From a virus (Duplodnaviria; Caudoviricetes), in the IMG/VR virus record IMGVR_UViG_3300025803_000037, positions 1-36,305 of that record: a stretch of DNA of 36,305 nucleotides, one strand, 5' to 3'. The notes beneath the pieces are model-generated. The model was not told where the DNA came from and searched no databases. It saw only the letters and a program-made list of their open reading frames with translations. Below, in pieces: positions 1-6,799 of the stretch. How positions within the stretch are numbered: position 1 is the first letter of the stretch; each line of letters begins with the position of its first letter. Both the position numbers and the translations under genes were made by a program.

Positions 1-32
1 CCTGATGTAGTCTCTTGAAAACCTAAAGCCAT
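1..32 (-). CDS. 5' fragment of SSB-like gene (cut by window edge)
   Basis: Reads MALGFQETTS, matching the N-terminus MALGFTETSS of 34279..34905. Confidence 0.8.
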   Translation of the reverse strand, partial: MALGFQETTS

Positions 33-54
33 TTTTAACTCCTAAACTTTAGAA

Positions 55-471
55 CTACCGCACGACCAGTGCGGCTTGGATCGGGAAATAGGCGCAAATG
101 TCTGCGTCTTGTGGGTCGCCCCTGTCAGACCTTCCGCCCTTCCCAATTTCGTAATCACCCGCAAAATCAAACCGGGCGATGTTATCCTTATAAACATTTA
201 ACAAATACGCTGGCAAGCCGGTGTGTTGCGTCAGCAGCCGCGCTTGTATAACTTTCGACAGGCTAATCATCGCTGTGTCGTACTGTAACAGGCGCACGTT
301 ACGATGCTTCACCTCAATAAATGCCTTTGCCTTGTTATCCTTAAACACCACAAAGTCGAGGCGATACTGTATCGGCAGCTTGTAAAAATCATAGCCGTGA
401 GCCGCAAAAGCATCGGCTACTGCCTGCTCTTTGCGTCTGTCGGCCTCGGTTTCGTACATTGGCCTAGCCAT
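55..471 (-). CDS. PD-(D/E)XK-family nuclease, copy 1
   Basis: LDFVVF...FIEVKHR motif. Start overlaps the MTase stop. About 90% identical to 34915..35343 (13 differences in 138 aa by hand). Confidence 0.7.
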   Translation of the reverse strand: MARPMYETEADRRKEQAVADAFAAHGYDFYKLPIQYRLDFVVFKDNKAKAFIEVKHRNVRLLQYDTAMISLSKVIQARLLTQHTGLPAYLLNVYKDNIARFDFAGDYEIGKGGRSDRGDPQDADICAYFPIQAALVVR

Positions 472-1513
472 TGTGCGCCTCCTTAATAGCCCACAATATA
501 CGCGCCGCCACTTGTGGCACGATGCTATTACCTAATTGTCTAAGGCGGTGTACCCGACCGGATACCCCATTAGCCACTCGACCCACTCCGGGTTCAGGGA
601 GCCAGAACTTACTTTTTCCCCACGGTAAACCCTCATCGCCAATTTGCTGTCGTCCCTTTTGCCTCGATCCTTTTGGTTTGGACTGTCTTTGAAGTCCCTC
701 GCTGTCGGCGTTGGATACATCTGCGCTTGATCCTTCAGTCGCGTCTGTTTCTTCTCGCCCTTGTGATCTATCCAATACAGACCTGTCCACGTCCAATCGT
801 CTCGCTTTGGCGGTTCCCCGCTGCTCGCGCTCGGCGTTGCCCACAGCACTGGCTCTATCACCTGATCCCGCAGATTGCTCGATCTTTTGCGTCTGCCTGT
901 CAAGCTCTCTTTGTATGCGCCCGATATCCCTGACGGCAGATGATCCATCGTGTTTGGCGTTGCCCACAATGGCTCGTTCCAGCCGCTGTTCATTGATGGA
1001 GCCATCTGGTTCGCCTTCGCTGTCGGCGTGTGCAATAATCCAGCATCTGTCTCTGCGGTGGTGGGCATCTGCGGCGACAGCCGGTATAACAAAGCATCTT
1101 GCTTGGTAACCTTGATTTTCCAAGTCAGATAGCACCGTGTCGAGGCCCATAGAGATGTGTCCAGCAACATTTTCTCCAATAACCCAAGTCGGCCTGACAG
1201 CTTGGATAATTCTAAGCATTTCCGGCCAGAGGTGTCGGTCATCTTTATCGCCTCGTCTGACCCCGGCAAGCGAGAAGGGCTGGCAAGGATATCCGCCACA
1301 AATAATGTCAACTGATCCTCTGAACCGTTCTGCGTCATTAGCTAACTCCCTAACGTCATCAATTATTTCTGTGTCAGGCCAATGCTTACGCAAGACCTTC
1401 TGCGCGTGTTTATCATACTCACAAAACGCGACTGTCTCATAGCCACCGACCAGCTTTTCGCCAGCGTAACTAAAGCCGCCAATGCCGCTGAATAGATCGA
1501 GCATTTTAAGCAT
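464..1513 (-). CDS. C5-cytosine DNA methyltransferase, catalytic (alpha) polypeptide, copy 1
   Basis: Motif I DLFSGIGG, motif IV GGYPCQPFS, motif VI ENV, motif VIII HRRDRCW, motif X LGNSIVPQVA. No motif IX in this frame. Confidence 0.93.
   Translation of the reverse strand: MLKMLDLFSGIGGFSYAGEKLVGGYETVAFCEYDKHAQKVLRKHWPDTEIIDDVRELANDAERFRGSVDIICGGYPCQPFSLAGVRRGDKDDRHLWPEMLRIIQAVRPTWVIGENVAGHISMGLDTVLSDLENQGYQARCFVIPAVAADAHHRRDRCWIIAHADSEGEPDGSINEQRLERAIVGNAKHDGSSAVRDIGRIQRELDRQTQKIEQSAGSGDRASAVGNAEREQRGTAKARRLDVDRSVLDRSQGREETDATEGSSADVSNADSEGLQRQSKPKGSRQKGRQQIGDEGLPWGKSKFWLPEPGVGRVANGVSGRVHRLRQLGNSIVPQVAARILWAIKEAHNG
532..1338 (-). CDS. Nested alternative-frame MTase beta polypeptide (motif IX plus four TRD-like modules), copy 1
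   Basis: 268-aa ORF wholly inside the MTase gene. AGGGAG RBS 7 nt upstream of ATG. C-terminus LNPEWVEWLMGYPVGYT is motif IX-like. Repeats LLHTP/LWATP/LWATP/MYPTP. Also open in the second copy. Confidence 0.85.
   Translation of the reverse strand: MTQNGSEDQLTLFVADILASPSRLPGSDEAIKMTDTSGRKCLELSKLSGRLGLLEKMLLDTSLWASTRCYLTWKIKVTKQDALLYRLSPQMPTTAETDAGLLHTPTAKANQMAPSMNSGWNEPLWATPNTMDHLPSGISGAYKESLTGRRKRSSNLRDQVIEPVLWATPSASSGEPPKRDDWTWTGLYWIDHKGEKKQTRLKDQAQMYPTPTARDFKDSPNQKDRGKRDDSKLAMRVYRGEKVSSGSLNPEWVEWLMGYPVGYTALDN
1346..1351 (-). promoter_or_regulatory. Internal Shine-Dalgarno site for the nested beta ORF
   Basis: Minus strand reads AGGGAG-ttagcta-ATG. Conserved in copy 2 as AGGGAG-ttagcaa-ATG. 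Confidence 0.7.
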
Positions 1514-1940
1514 CAGCTAGATGCTCCCTGATGATCATCATCGCTGTCATCTGGTCGCACTCGACCGCGTAACGCCAGTCGTATTGCTCGTGTATGTCAC
1601 CCGCTGGCAGGTAGTTGTCCATCCCGGCGACAGCAGCGACCGGGAAGCGCCAGCGGATTGGCAAACGGTCGTACTTGTAAACCAGCAAAGGCAGCTTGTG
1701 TGTCGCCAATGCACTAGCGCAGCATTGATCCCACCAAGCGGGCTGAATGCCGTACCCGGCGCGATACCGCTTCGCCTCAATGCTGAAGGGAAAGTCAGGC
1801 ATCTCAACGCAGATCAGATCGCCGTGATCCGCTGCGCGATACTGTTCTATGTCGCGCTTGAACGTCAAGCCAAGCTCCTCAAACAACAGCTTGGCAAGCT
1901 CGCGCTCAAAGCTGGCACCCTTGTTGCGGCTATTAACCAT
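1506..1940 (-). CDS. Holliday junction resolvase (Hjc-like PD-(D/E)XK nuclease)
   Basis: N-terminal SRNKGASFERELAK, then GDL and IEAKR motifs. Confidence 0.8.
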   Translation of the reverse strand: MVNSRNKGASFERELAKLLFEELGLTFKRDIEQYRAADHGDLICVEMPDFPFSIEAKRYRAGYGIQPAWWDQCCASALATHKLPLLVYKYDRLPIRWRFPVAAVAGMDNYLPAGDIHEQYDWRYAVECDQMTAMMIIREHLADA

Positions 1941-2136
1941 TGCGGTTAACCAGCGAGCGCATTGTCTCTGCCGCCTTGTCGGTGCTTTGTTCCATCAGCA
2001 TCCGGGTCAAGCCCTTATCTAGCACCTCATCGGCCAAGGCAGACATCGAGCGATGCGCTGATGCGTCCAAAACAGTCTTTAATTTGTCAACTGTGTCGCT
2101 GCGGAGCCTTAACATTTGGTTCTTTATCCCGGCCAT
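1933..2136 (-). CDS. Ribbon-helix-helix (Arc/CopG-like) DNA-binding protein
   Basis: Beta-strand MLRLR, helix, then RSMSALADEVL. First gene of the leftward operon. Confidence 0.6.
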   Translation of the reverse strand: MAGIKNQMLRLRSDTVDKLKTVLDASAHRSMSALADEVLDKGLTRMLMEQSTDKAAETMRSLVNRNG

Positions 2137-2246
2137 CTGTTTGATTTCCTTACATTTGTAAAATAATTTGCCTATACCCCTTGTAACATACCTATAGAAT
2201 TGTTAAATAGTTATTAGTCACTAGTAATCAAAAGGGAGACAGACAG
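2137..2246. promoter_or_regulatory. AT-rich divergent promoter region
   Basis: Only divergent intergenic gap in the genome. AT-rich, with an AGGGAG RBS before ATG 2247. Exact -10/-35 boxes not resolved. Confidence 0.55.
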
Positions 2247-2522
2247 ATGACTAAACTTACTAAAAAGCAAATTGAAGCGTTCGTTGATTATGCCTACCAA
2301 CAGCATATGGCTGAGAGTTTCGATAAACACGCCTCTTGTGCTATTCGTGACAAAGACGATCTCGGTGAATACCTCAAATGTGTTGGCATCCGCAACGAGT
2401 GTGCGGCTGAGGCTGTTCTTATTGCCCGCCACGAAATCGGCATGACTGATGACCAAATCAAAAAGTGCAGCTTGTCGCTAATTAGATGGGCTGAAGCAGC
2501 CGCAGAACAGGCGGCAGCATAA
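2247..2522 (+). CDS. Hypothetical protein
   Basis: Good RBS. TAATG coupling to the recombinase gene. Confidence 0.7.
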   Translation: MTKLTKKQIEAFVDYAYQQHMAESFDKHASCAIRDKDDLGEYLKCVGIRNECAAEAVLIARHEIGMTDDQIKKCSLSLIRWAEAAAEQAAA

Positions 2523-3169
2523 TGACCCAGTACATCGCTTATTACCGTGTCAGCACTCAGCGCCAAGGCCAATCAGGTCTTGGCCTTGAGGCACAACGCG
2601 CAGCCGTTGCCGGGTACAACATCATCGGCGAGTACACCGAGGTCGAGAGCGGCAAGAAAAGCCAACGCCCGCAGCTTGCCGCTGCATTGGCAGAGGCCAA
2701 GCGCACTGGCTTCACATTGATTATTGCAAAGATGGATCGTTTAACCCGCGCCGCTAGGTTTGCGCTTGAGCTATTAGACACAAACATCAATTTTACATTT
2801 GCTGATATGCCAAACATTGACAGCAGAACGCCACAAGGTCGTTTCTTTATAACGCAGTTTGCCGCAATGGCAGAGCTTGAGGGTGCGCTGATTTCCGAGC
2901 GCACCAAGGCTGCACTGGCTGCCGCCAAAGCTCGCGGTGTCAAGCTCGGCTCGCCTGACCCTGCCGCTGCTGGCCGGGCATCAGCAGCCAAGCGCGTGGC
3001 GCGTACCAATGTCGCCGCAAAGCAGGCTATGCCTATCGTCTCGGTGCTGCGTGAGGCTGGTGCCTCACTACGCACTATCGCCGCCAAGCTAAACGAAGCT
3101 GGCATTCCAACAGCACTGGGCGGGCAATGGTACGCCAGCACTGTGCGTAACATAATGGGAGCAAACTAA
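2522..3169 (+). CDS. Serine recombinase (resolvase family) with short C-terminal recombinase-type DNA-binding segment
   Basis: YYRVST..Q catalytic-serine motif, KMDRLTR, ISERTKAAL..AK.RG.KLG, and IAAKLNEAGIPT..GGQW..STV. Confidence 0.92.
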   Translation: MTQYIAYYRVSTQRQGQSGLGLEAQRAAVAGYNIIGEYTEVESGKKSQRPQLAAALAEAKRTGFTLIIAKMDRLTRAARFALELLDTNINFTFADMPNIDSRTPQGRFFITQFAAMAELEGALISERTKAALAAAKARGVKLGSPDPAAAGRASAAKRVARTNVAAKQAMPIVSVLREAGASLRTIAAKLNEAGIPTALGGQWYASTVRNIMGAN

Positions 3170-3285
3170 TGATTAAAGATACAATCGGGATGCTGTTTGT
3201 TACAGCATTTGTAATCACGTTTTTTACTAACGCCATCACCACCGAATACAACGTGTGGGCTTTGATGGTAAAATTTGGGAGCTAA
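3169..3285 (+). CDS. Small membrane protein (38 aa; not in ORF track)
   Basis: MIKDTIGMLFVTAFVITFFTNAITTEYNVWALMVKFGS. TAATG overlap with the recombinase stop, GGGAG upstream, fills the gap exactly. Confidence 0.6.
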   Translation: MIKDTIGMLFVTAFVITFFTNAITTEYNVWALMVKFGS

Positions 3286-3287
3286 AA

Positions 3288-4241
3288 ATGGTTGGAAAAC
3301 TTACACCGGATAATCAGTTGAGCGTCAGCCGGGTCGCTACATTGTTGAACGCATCACCGTGGCAAACGCAGAATGAATTGCTTGAGGAAATGATTAGCAT
3401 TGATGAGGGCAACCCGCCAACGCGCATACCTCAGAACGAACCAATGGAACTGGGCGATTTCTTTGAGCCAATGATATTGCGAAAGGCTGCCGAGCGTCTG
3501 GCCTTAACCAATGTCGAGACTGACATTACCGTGCCATACCAGCACGATCACCTGCCACTGGCAGCCAGTCTTGATGGCACTGGCGTTGGTCACGGCTCTG
3601 TCAGGGCCAACTGGGATAAGGGTATCTATGTGCCGCAGGGTGGCTGGATAGACACCACTGGCGTTGGCTTGATTGAAGCCAAGCTAACGTCAGCACGGCC
3701 AGAAGAGATCCCGGCACCGCATCGAGGCCCGCTGCAATTGCAGGGTCAGATGATGTGTACCGGGTATAAATGGGGCTGCGTTGCTGTTCTATACCAAAGC
3801 ACAACGCTGCGCCTGTTCGTTTATCAGGCTGATGAGGTAATACAAAACCGCATTCGCGAGGCGGTTATTGATTTTGAAAATCGCCGAAAAAATATTGACA
3901 AATACCCAGTCGTGTCACCGGCTGATGGGGTGGCGGCGTATGGCCGGGTTGATACTGACGCACCGCCATTGGAGCTTGAGGGTGACGATGCACTGTGGGT
4001 TGACCACCTGATGGCGGCAAAGGCTAACAAGTCAATGGCAGAGCGAGAGATCGACATTGCCACTGCTGCCTTGATGGACACGATGGGCAGTCACGACACG
4101 GCCTTTGCCTCGGTTGGCAATCGCCGGGTGCAAGTCAAATGGCCTACTCGCAAGATGCGGGCGCAGCCTGAGAAAGTCGTGCCTGCCAAGCCTGAGACTG
4201 TCATGCGCCAGAAAACATTAACGCTAAAGGAGATTGACTGA
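3288..4241 (+). CDS. YqaJ/lambda-exonuclease-family recombination nuclease
   Basis: S.VATLL..SPWQT..EL, ME.G..FEP, ASLDG, IEAK and QLQGQM motifs. Start placed at ATG 3288 behind GGGAG. Confidence 0.85.
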   Translation: MVGKLTPDNQLSVSRVATLLNASPWQTQNELLEEMISIDEGNPPTRIPQNEPMELGDFFEPMILRKAAERLALTNVETDITVPYQHDHLPLAASLDGTGVGHGSVRANWDKGIYVPQGGWIDTTGVGLIEAKLTSARPEEIPAPHRGPLQLQGQMMCTGYKWGCVAVLYQSTTLRLFVYQADEVIQNRIREAVIDFENRRKNIDKYPVVSPADGVAAYGRVDTDAPPLELEGDDALWVDHLMAAKANKSMAEREIDIATAALMDTMGSHDTAFASVGNRRVQVKWPTRKMRAQPEKVVPAKPETVMRQKTLTLKEID

Positions 4242-4456
4242 TGCCGCCAAAGCGCCAAGAAAGCTCGTGGAAGCCGGTTGTTAACGCGGTGGCCGCTTAC
4301 CACCATTACAACGGCTTCGGCCCTACAGTGGACGAAATAGCCTACGCAATAGGCAGATCTAGAACTGCCGTCAGGTTTCAGCTAGACAAGCTGATCGAGG
4401 ATGGCATCTTAACGCACACGCCCGGCAAGATCAGAACGATCAGGGTAGTTGAGTAG
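4241..4456 (+). CDS. LexA-like winged-HTH DNA-binding protein (no peptidase domain)
   Basis: NGFGPTVDEIA..IG.SRTAV...LDKL...G.L......RTI matches the LexA N-terminal domain pattern. Confidence 0.8.
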   Translation: MPPKRQESSWKPVVNAVAAYHHYNGFGPTVDEIAYAIGRSRTAVRFQLDKLIEDGILTHTPGKIRTIRVVE

Positions 4457-4485
4457 ATAAGGGGGCGAAAGCCCCTTTATTTTTT
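4457..4485 (+). terminator. Intrinsic terminator at the convergence of the two transcription units
   Basis: ATAAGGGGGC-GAAA-GCCCCTTTAT followed by TTTTT. Confidence 0.85.
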
Positions 4486-4842
4486 AGTGCGCTGCTGGAT
4501 GCTTTCAATTGTGCCAGCCCCAAAATAGAAACCAAGGATCACAAGCATAGCGTAATTTATTGTGAACTGTTCCATCACTTTTGTTACTGCGTCTGCGTCA
4601 CCCCGGCCAGTGATTGTCATAACAAGCACCAGCACATAGCTGCCCAAGAACGTAGCCCCAAACATCAAGGCGAGGTAACGCTGGGCAATTTTAAATGGTG
4701 CATAAGCGCCCATTAAGTCAATCTTGGCTTTACTCTTCGCCGCAATTTCTTCTTCTGTGCTGGTGTGCATATCATCAATGAGCTTCATGCCCTGACTGAT
4801 AACACTATCTGATCCTAGTATTTTTCCTAATACAGCTAACAT
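4477..4842 (-). CDS. Putative holin (3TM-holin-like)
   Basis: Hydrophobic segments, ILGFYFG motif, basic C-terminus, downstream of the lysozyme. Confidence 0.65.
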   Translation of the reverse strand: MLAVLGKILGSDSVISQGMKLIDDMHTSTEEEIAAKSKAKIDLMGAYAPFKIAQRYLALMFGATFLGSYVLVLVMTITGRGDADAVTKVMEQFTINYAMLVILGFYFGAGTIESIQQRTKK

Positions 4843-5054
4843 CACTCAACTCCTAACATTCTGGATAGGCCGAAAACTTCCATCAACATAAATGTAAAAA
4901 ACAAAAGCAGCACACCCCCGGCAATAAGTTTGCCGCTAAAATTTGTTGAGCCTATTTTGATAGCCACAAATTCGTTGCCTAAAATCCTCAGCACAAGCTC
5001 AAAACTATTTTCGCCTATCTTGGCTTGGATTGGTTTTTTGTTTTCTTCACCCAT
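4842..5054 (-). CDS. Small membrane protein in lysis module
   Basis: C-terminal transmembrane segment. Overlaps both neighbours. Confidence 0.6.
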   Translation of the reverse strand: MGEENKKPIQAKIGENSFELVLRILGNEFVAIKIGSTNFSGKLIAGGVLLLFFTFMLMEVFGLSRMLGVE

Positions 5055-5496
5055 CAGCCAGCGCCCGCATACGTTTGACCAGTCTCTCTGAGCGATTGGG
5101 GAGTTGACGCGCCCATTTACTGTCGAGCATCTCTAATGCAGCCCCAGCCCAATCACGCGCATCGACACAACGCTTCTTGCCCTTAAATTTTTTCATAGTC
5201 GGCAGACCCATATTAAACATCATGTTGGCAATGATGCGCTGCGCCTCTTCTGGTAGCTCGCTGAAATCTTGATAGAGCCGGTGACAATCCTCGCGCACGA
5301 TGGCAATGTCCAGATCGAATAGCTGCTTCATCCGGCGTTCTGTAATTGTGTAGCCCAGTGGCTTGCCGTGTTCTGCATCACCCTCAATGATGCGATGCCC
5401 CACGCCGACAGTCAAATACCCACTCGTGCATTTATACACGTCTAGCCGCATACCCTCATCAGCGATTAGCTCTTCGCGTAGCTTTTCAATATCCAT
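5047..5496 (-). CDS. Endolysin, T4-lysozyme-like (GH24)
   Basis: DEGMRLDVYKCTSGYLTVGVGH, MMFNMG and EMLDSKWARQ..NRS.RL motifs. Confidence 0.92.
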   Translation of the reverse strand: MDIEKLREELIADEGMRLDVYKCTSGYLTVGVGHRIIEGDAEHGKPLGYTITERRMKQLFDLDIAIVREDCHRLYQDFSELPEEAQRIIANMMFNMGLPTMKKFKGKKRCVDARDWAGAALEMLDSKWARQLPNRSERLVKRMRALADG

Positions 5497-5927
5497 TACA
5501 GCCTCATTTCTTTAGCCAGCGCGACAGCTTTGAGCCAGCTTTCTTCTTCAGCATCGCGAGTAAACGCATCGACCTGCAACCGCTTACTGTACTGCTGTAT
5601 CTGACTGACGTGGAAGAATAAGCAGCTTCTATGTTCCTTGCCACACAGCACCAGTATGTCATAATCTGCCCACTCCTTTGTGTTACGCGGTAAATACTTC
5701 TGCGAACAGCCAGACCCAAGCTGAAAATGATAAGCCGGATTTCGCTTACCTTTAGCAAGTATAAGGCTCGCAGTCTTAACTTGTATCCTAAGCACCGTGT
5801 TATCAGTCTTTGAAATAGCCACGCCATCTATTTTATCCTGTGCTGCTTGTGCATACGCCCACCCAGTCATGCCCAATATTACCCCGGCAGCAAAATGCTC
5901 ACCGGCTAGTCCAATCGTGGTACTCAT
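5496..5927 (-). CDS. PD-(D/E)XK-family nuclease-like protein
   Basis: G.AGE..A, IDGVA, RIQVKT and DYDILVL motifs. Confidence 0.65.
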   Translation of the reverse strand: MSTTIGLAGEHFAAGVILGMTGWAYAQAAQDKIDGVAISKTDNTVLRIQVKTASLILAKGKRNPAYHFQLGSGCSQKYLPRNTKEWADYDILVLCGKEHRSCLFFHVSQIQQYSKRLQVDAFTRDAEEESWLKAVALAKEMRL

Positions 5928-6430
5928 GTAAGGCCGATAGCCCCGGCTGTTGATACCATAACTGCTACAAACAATCCTACCACAACAACCACCAGCGCAA
6001 AAACAGCTAGGCCGATCTTCATGTTTTCGATTGCTTCATCGTGCGCGATGGCGGCAGCCTTGGCAGCAGCTAGTCTAGCCTCTCGCTGTTCGCGCAACGC
6101 CTTGTTATGATGGTTGATGATTTCCTGCCACGTTGATGGTTGGTCGGCTGGCTTCGGCCAACGCATGTTGATCATCGTGGCGATCTGCTGCATCTCTTCG
6201 TTGAGGCGCTTCGCCTCTAATACAGCGTCAATTGAACCCTTAAAGCTAACATCACTAACCCCGGCCTGCTTGTTGCGTTCCTCGTTTAGTTTTTTCTGCG
6301 CCGAGAACAACGTGCCAATCTGCTCCGACAAATCAGCCACTGATTGCACATCGTTCACTCGTGCTTTGATGAATGCTATCGCATTTGACGCAGCAGATAC
6401 CGCCATCAGCGCCGTGCTTATCGGTTCCAT
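5924..6430 (-). CDS. Hypothetical protein (coiled coil, C-terminal TM)
   Basis: Start at MEPIS (6430) coupled to the upstream stop. Hydrophobic C-terminus. Confidence 0.7.
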   Translation of the reverse strand: MEPISTALMAVSAASNAIAFIKARVNDVQSVADLSEQIGTLFSAQKKLNEERNKQAGVSDVSFKGSIDAVLEAKRLNEEMQQIATMINMRWPKPADQPSTWQEIINHHNKALREQREARLAAAKAAAIAHDEAIENMKIGLAVFALVVVVVGLFVAVMVSTAGAIGLT

Positions 6431-6633
6431 TATGACAGCATTCCTTTTTTCAAAGATTGGCATCGCCATTTTTTAGGCATCAGGCCGTGCGTCATTTCGC
6501 CAACGTCACGACCCATTTCCATAGCCCGGCGTTCACAGGCAGCGCGGGTATCGTATGGGCCACGAGTGTCGTGGAACTCGATACAATCGGCAGGGGTCGC
6601 TATCGCGCAAGCTATGACGATTGCCTTAAACAT
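6430..6633 (-). CDS. Small Cys-containing hypothetical protein
   Basis: Hydrophobic N-terminus, GPY.T...C..R pattern, coupled to neighbours. Confidence 0.65.
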   Translation of the reverse strand: MFKAIVIACAIATPADCIEFHDTRGPYDTRAACERRAMEMGRDVGEMTHGLMPKKWRCQSLKKGMLS

Positions 6634-6799
6634 TTCCTCGTAAGATCACGCTCAACAGCAGCAGGATTGTAGTGCCAGCAGTGCCTATCATAATATGTTC
6701 GATGCGCTTGATACGCAGGATGGTTTCACGCCAGCGTTCAGCACACACTGCCTCATGCGTGTCGATCTGGGCTTGCACTGATGAGGCTGTAGGTTTCAT
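6626..6799 (-). CDS. Small coiled-coil/TM protein (57 aa; not in ORF track)
   Basis: MKPTASSVQAQIDTHEAVCAERWRETILRIKRIEHIMIGTAGTTILLLLSVILRGNV. TGATG overlap with the upstream gene. Confidence 0.7.
   Translation of the reverse strand: MKPTASSVQAQIDTHEAVCAERWRETILRIKRIEHIMIGTAGTTILLLLSVILRGNV

Larger units (their letters stand above)
1..1472. repeat. Left copy of a divergent terminal direct repeat (homologous to ~34874-36305)
   Basis: Same gene order (SSB-like start, nuclease, MTase) and alignable sequence at both ends, e.g. 'aaaacctaaagccatttt..actcctaaactttagaacta' and 'ccagcttttcgccagc.taacta'. Many substitutions and different internal MTase modules. Confidence 0.95.

Noticed and set aside
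1-1472. T7-like fixed direct terminal repeat
   Set aside because: The copies are not identical and both ends cut through genes.
464-1513. MTase as a frameshifted pseudogene or sequencing error
   Set aside because: Joining the motifs in one chain would need two compensating frameshifts. Both frames are open in two divergent copies, and the nested ORF has its own RBS.
2557-3153. 198-aa antisense ORF
   Set aside because: Shadow of the serine recombinase, with no motifs.
2522-3169. Large serine integrase with att site or invertible tail-fibre segment
   Set aside because: The protein is too short, no att or inverted-repeat pair was seen, and all fibre genes are co-oriented.
5504-5827. 107-aa same-strand alternative-frame ORF inside the nuclease gene (possible nested spanin)
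   Set aside because: No lipobox, RBS or recognisable motif, unlike the MTase nested ORF.
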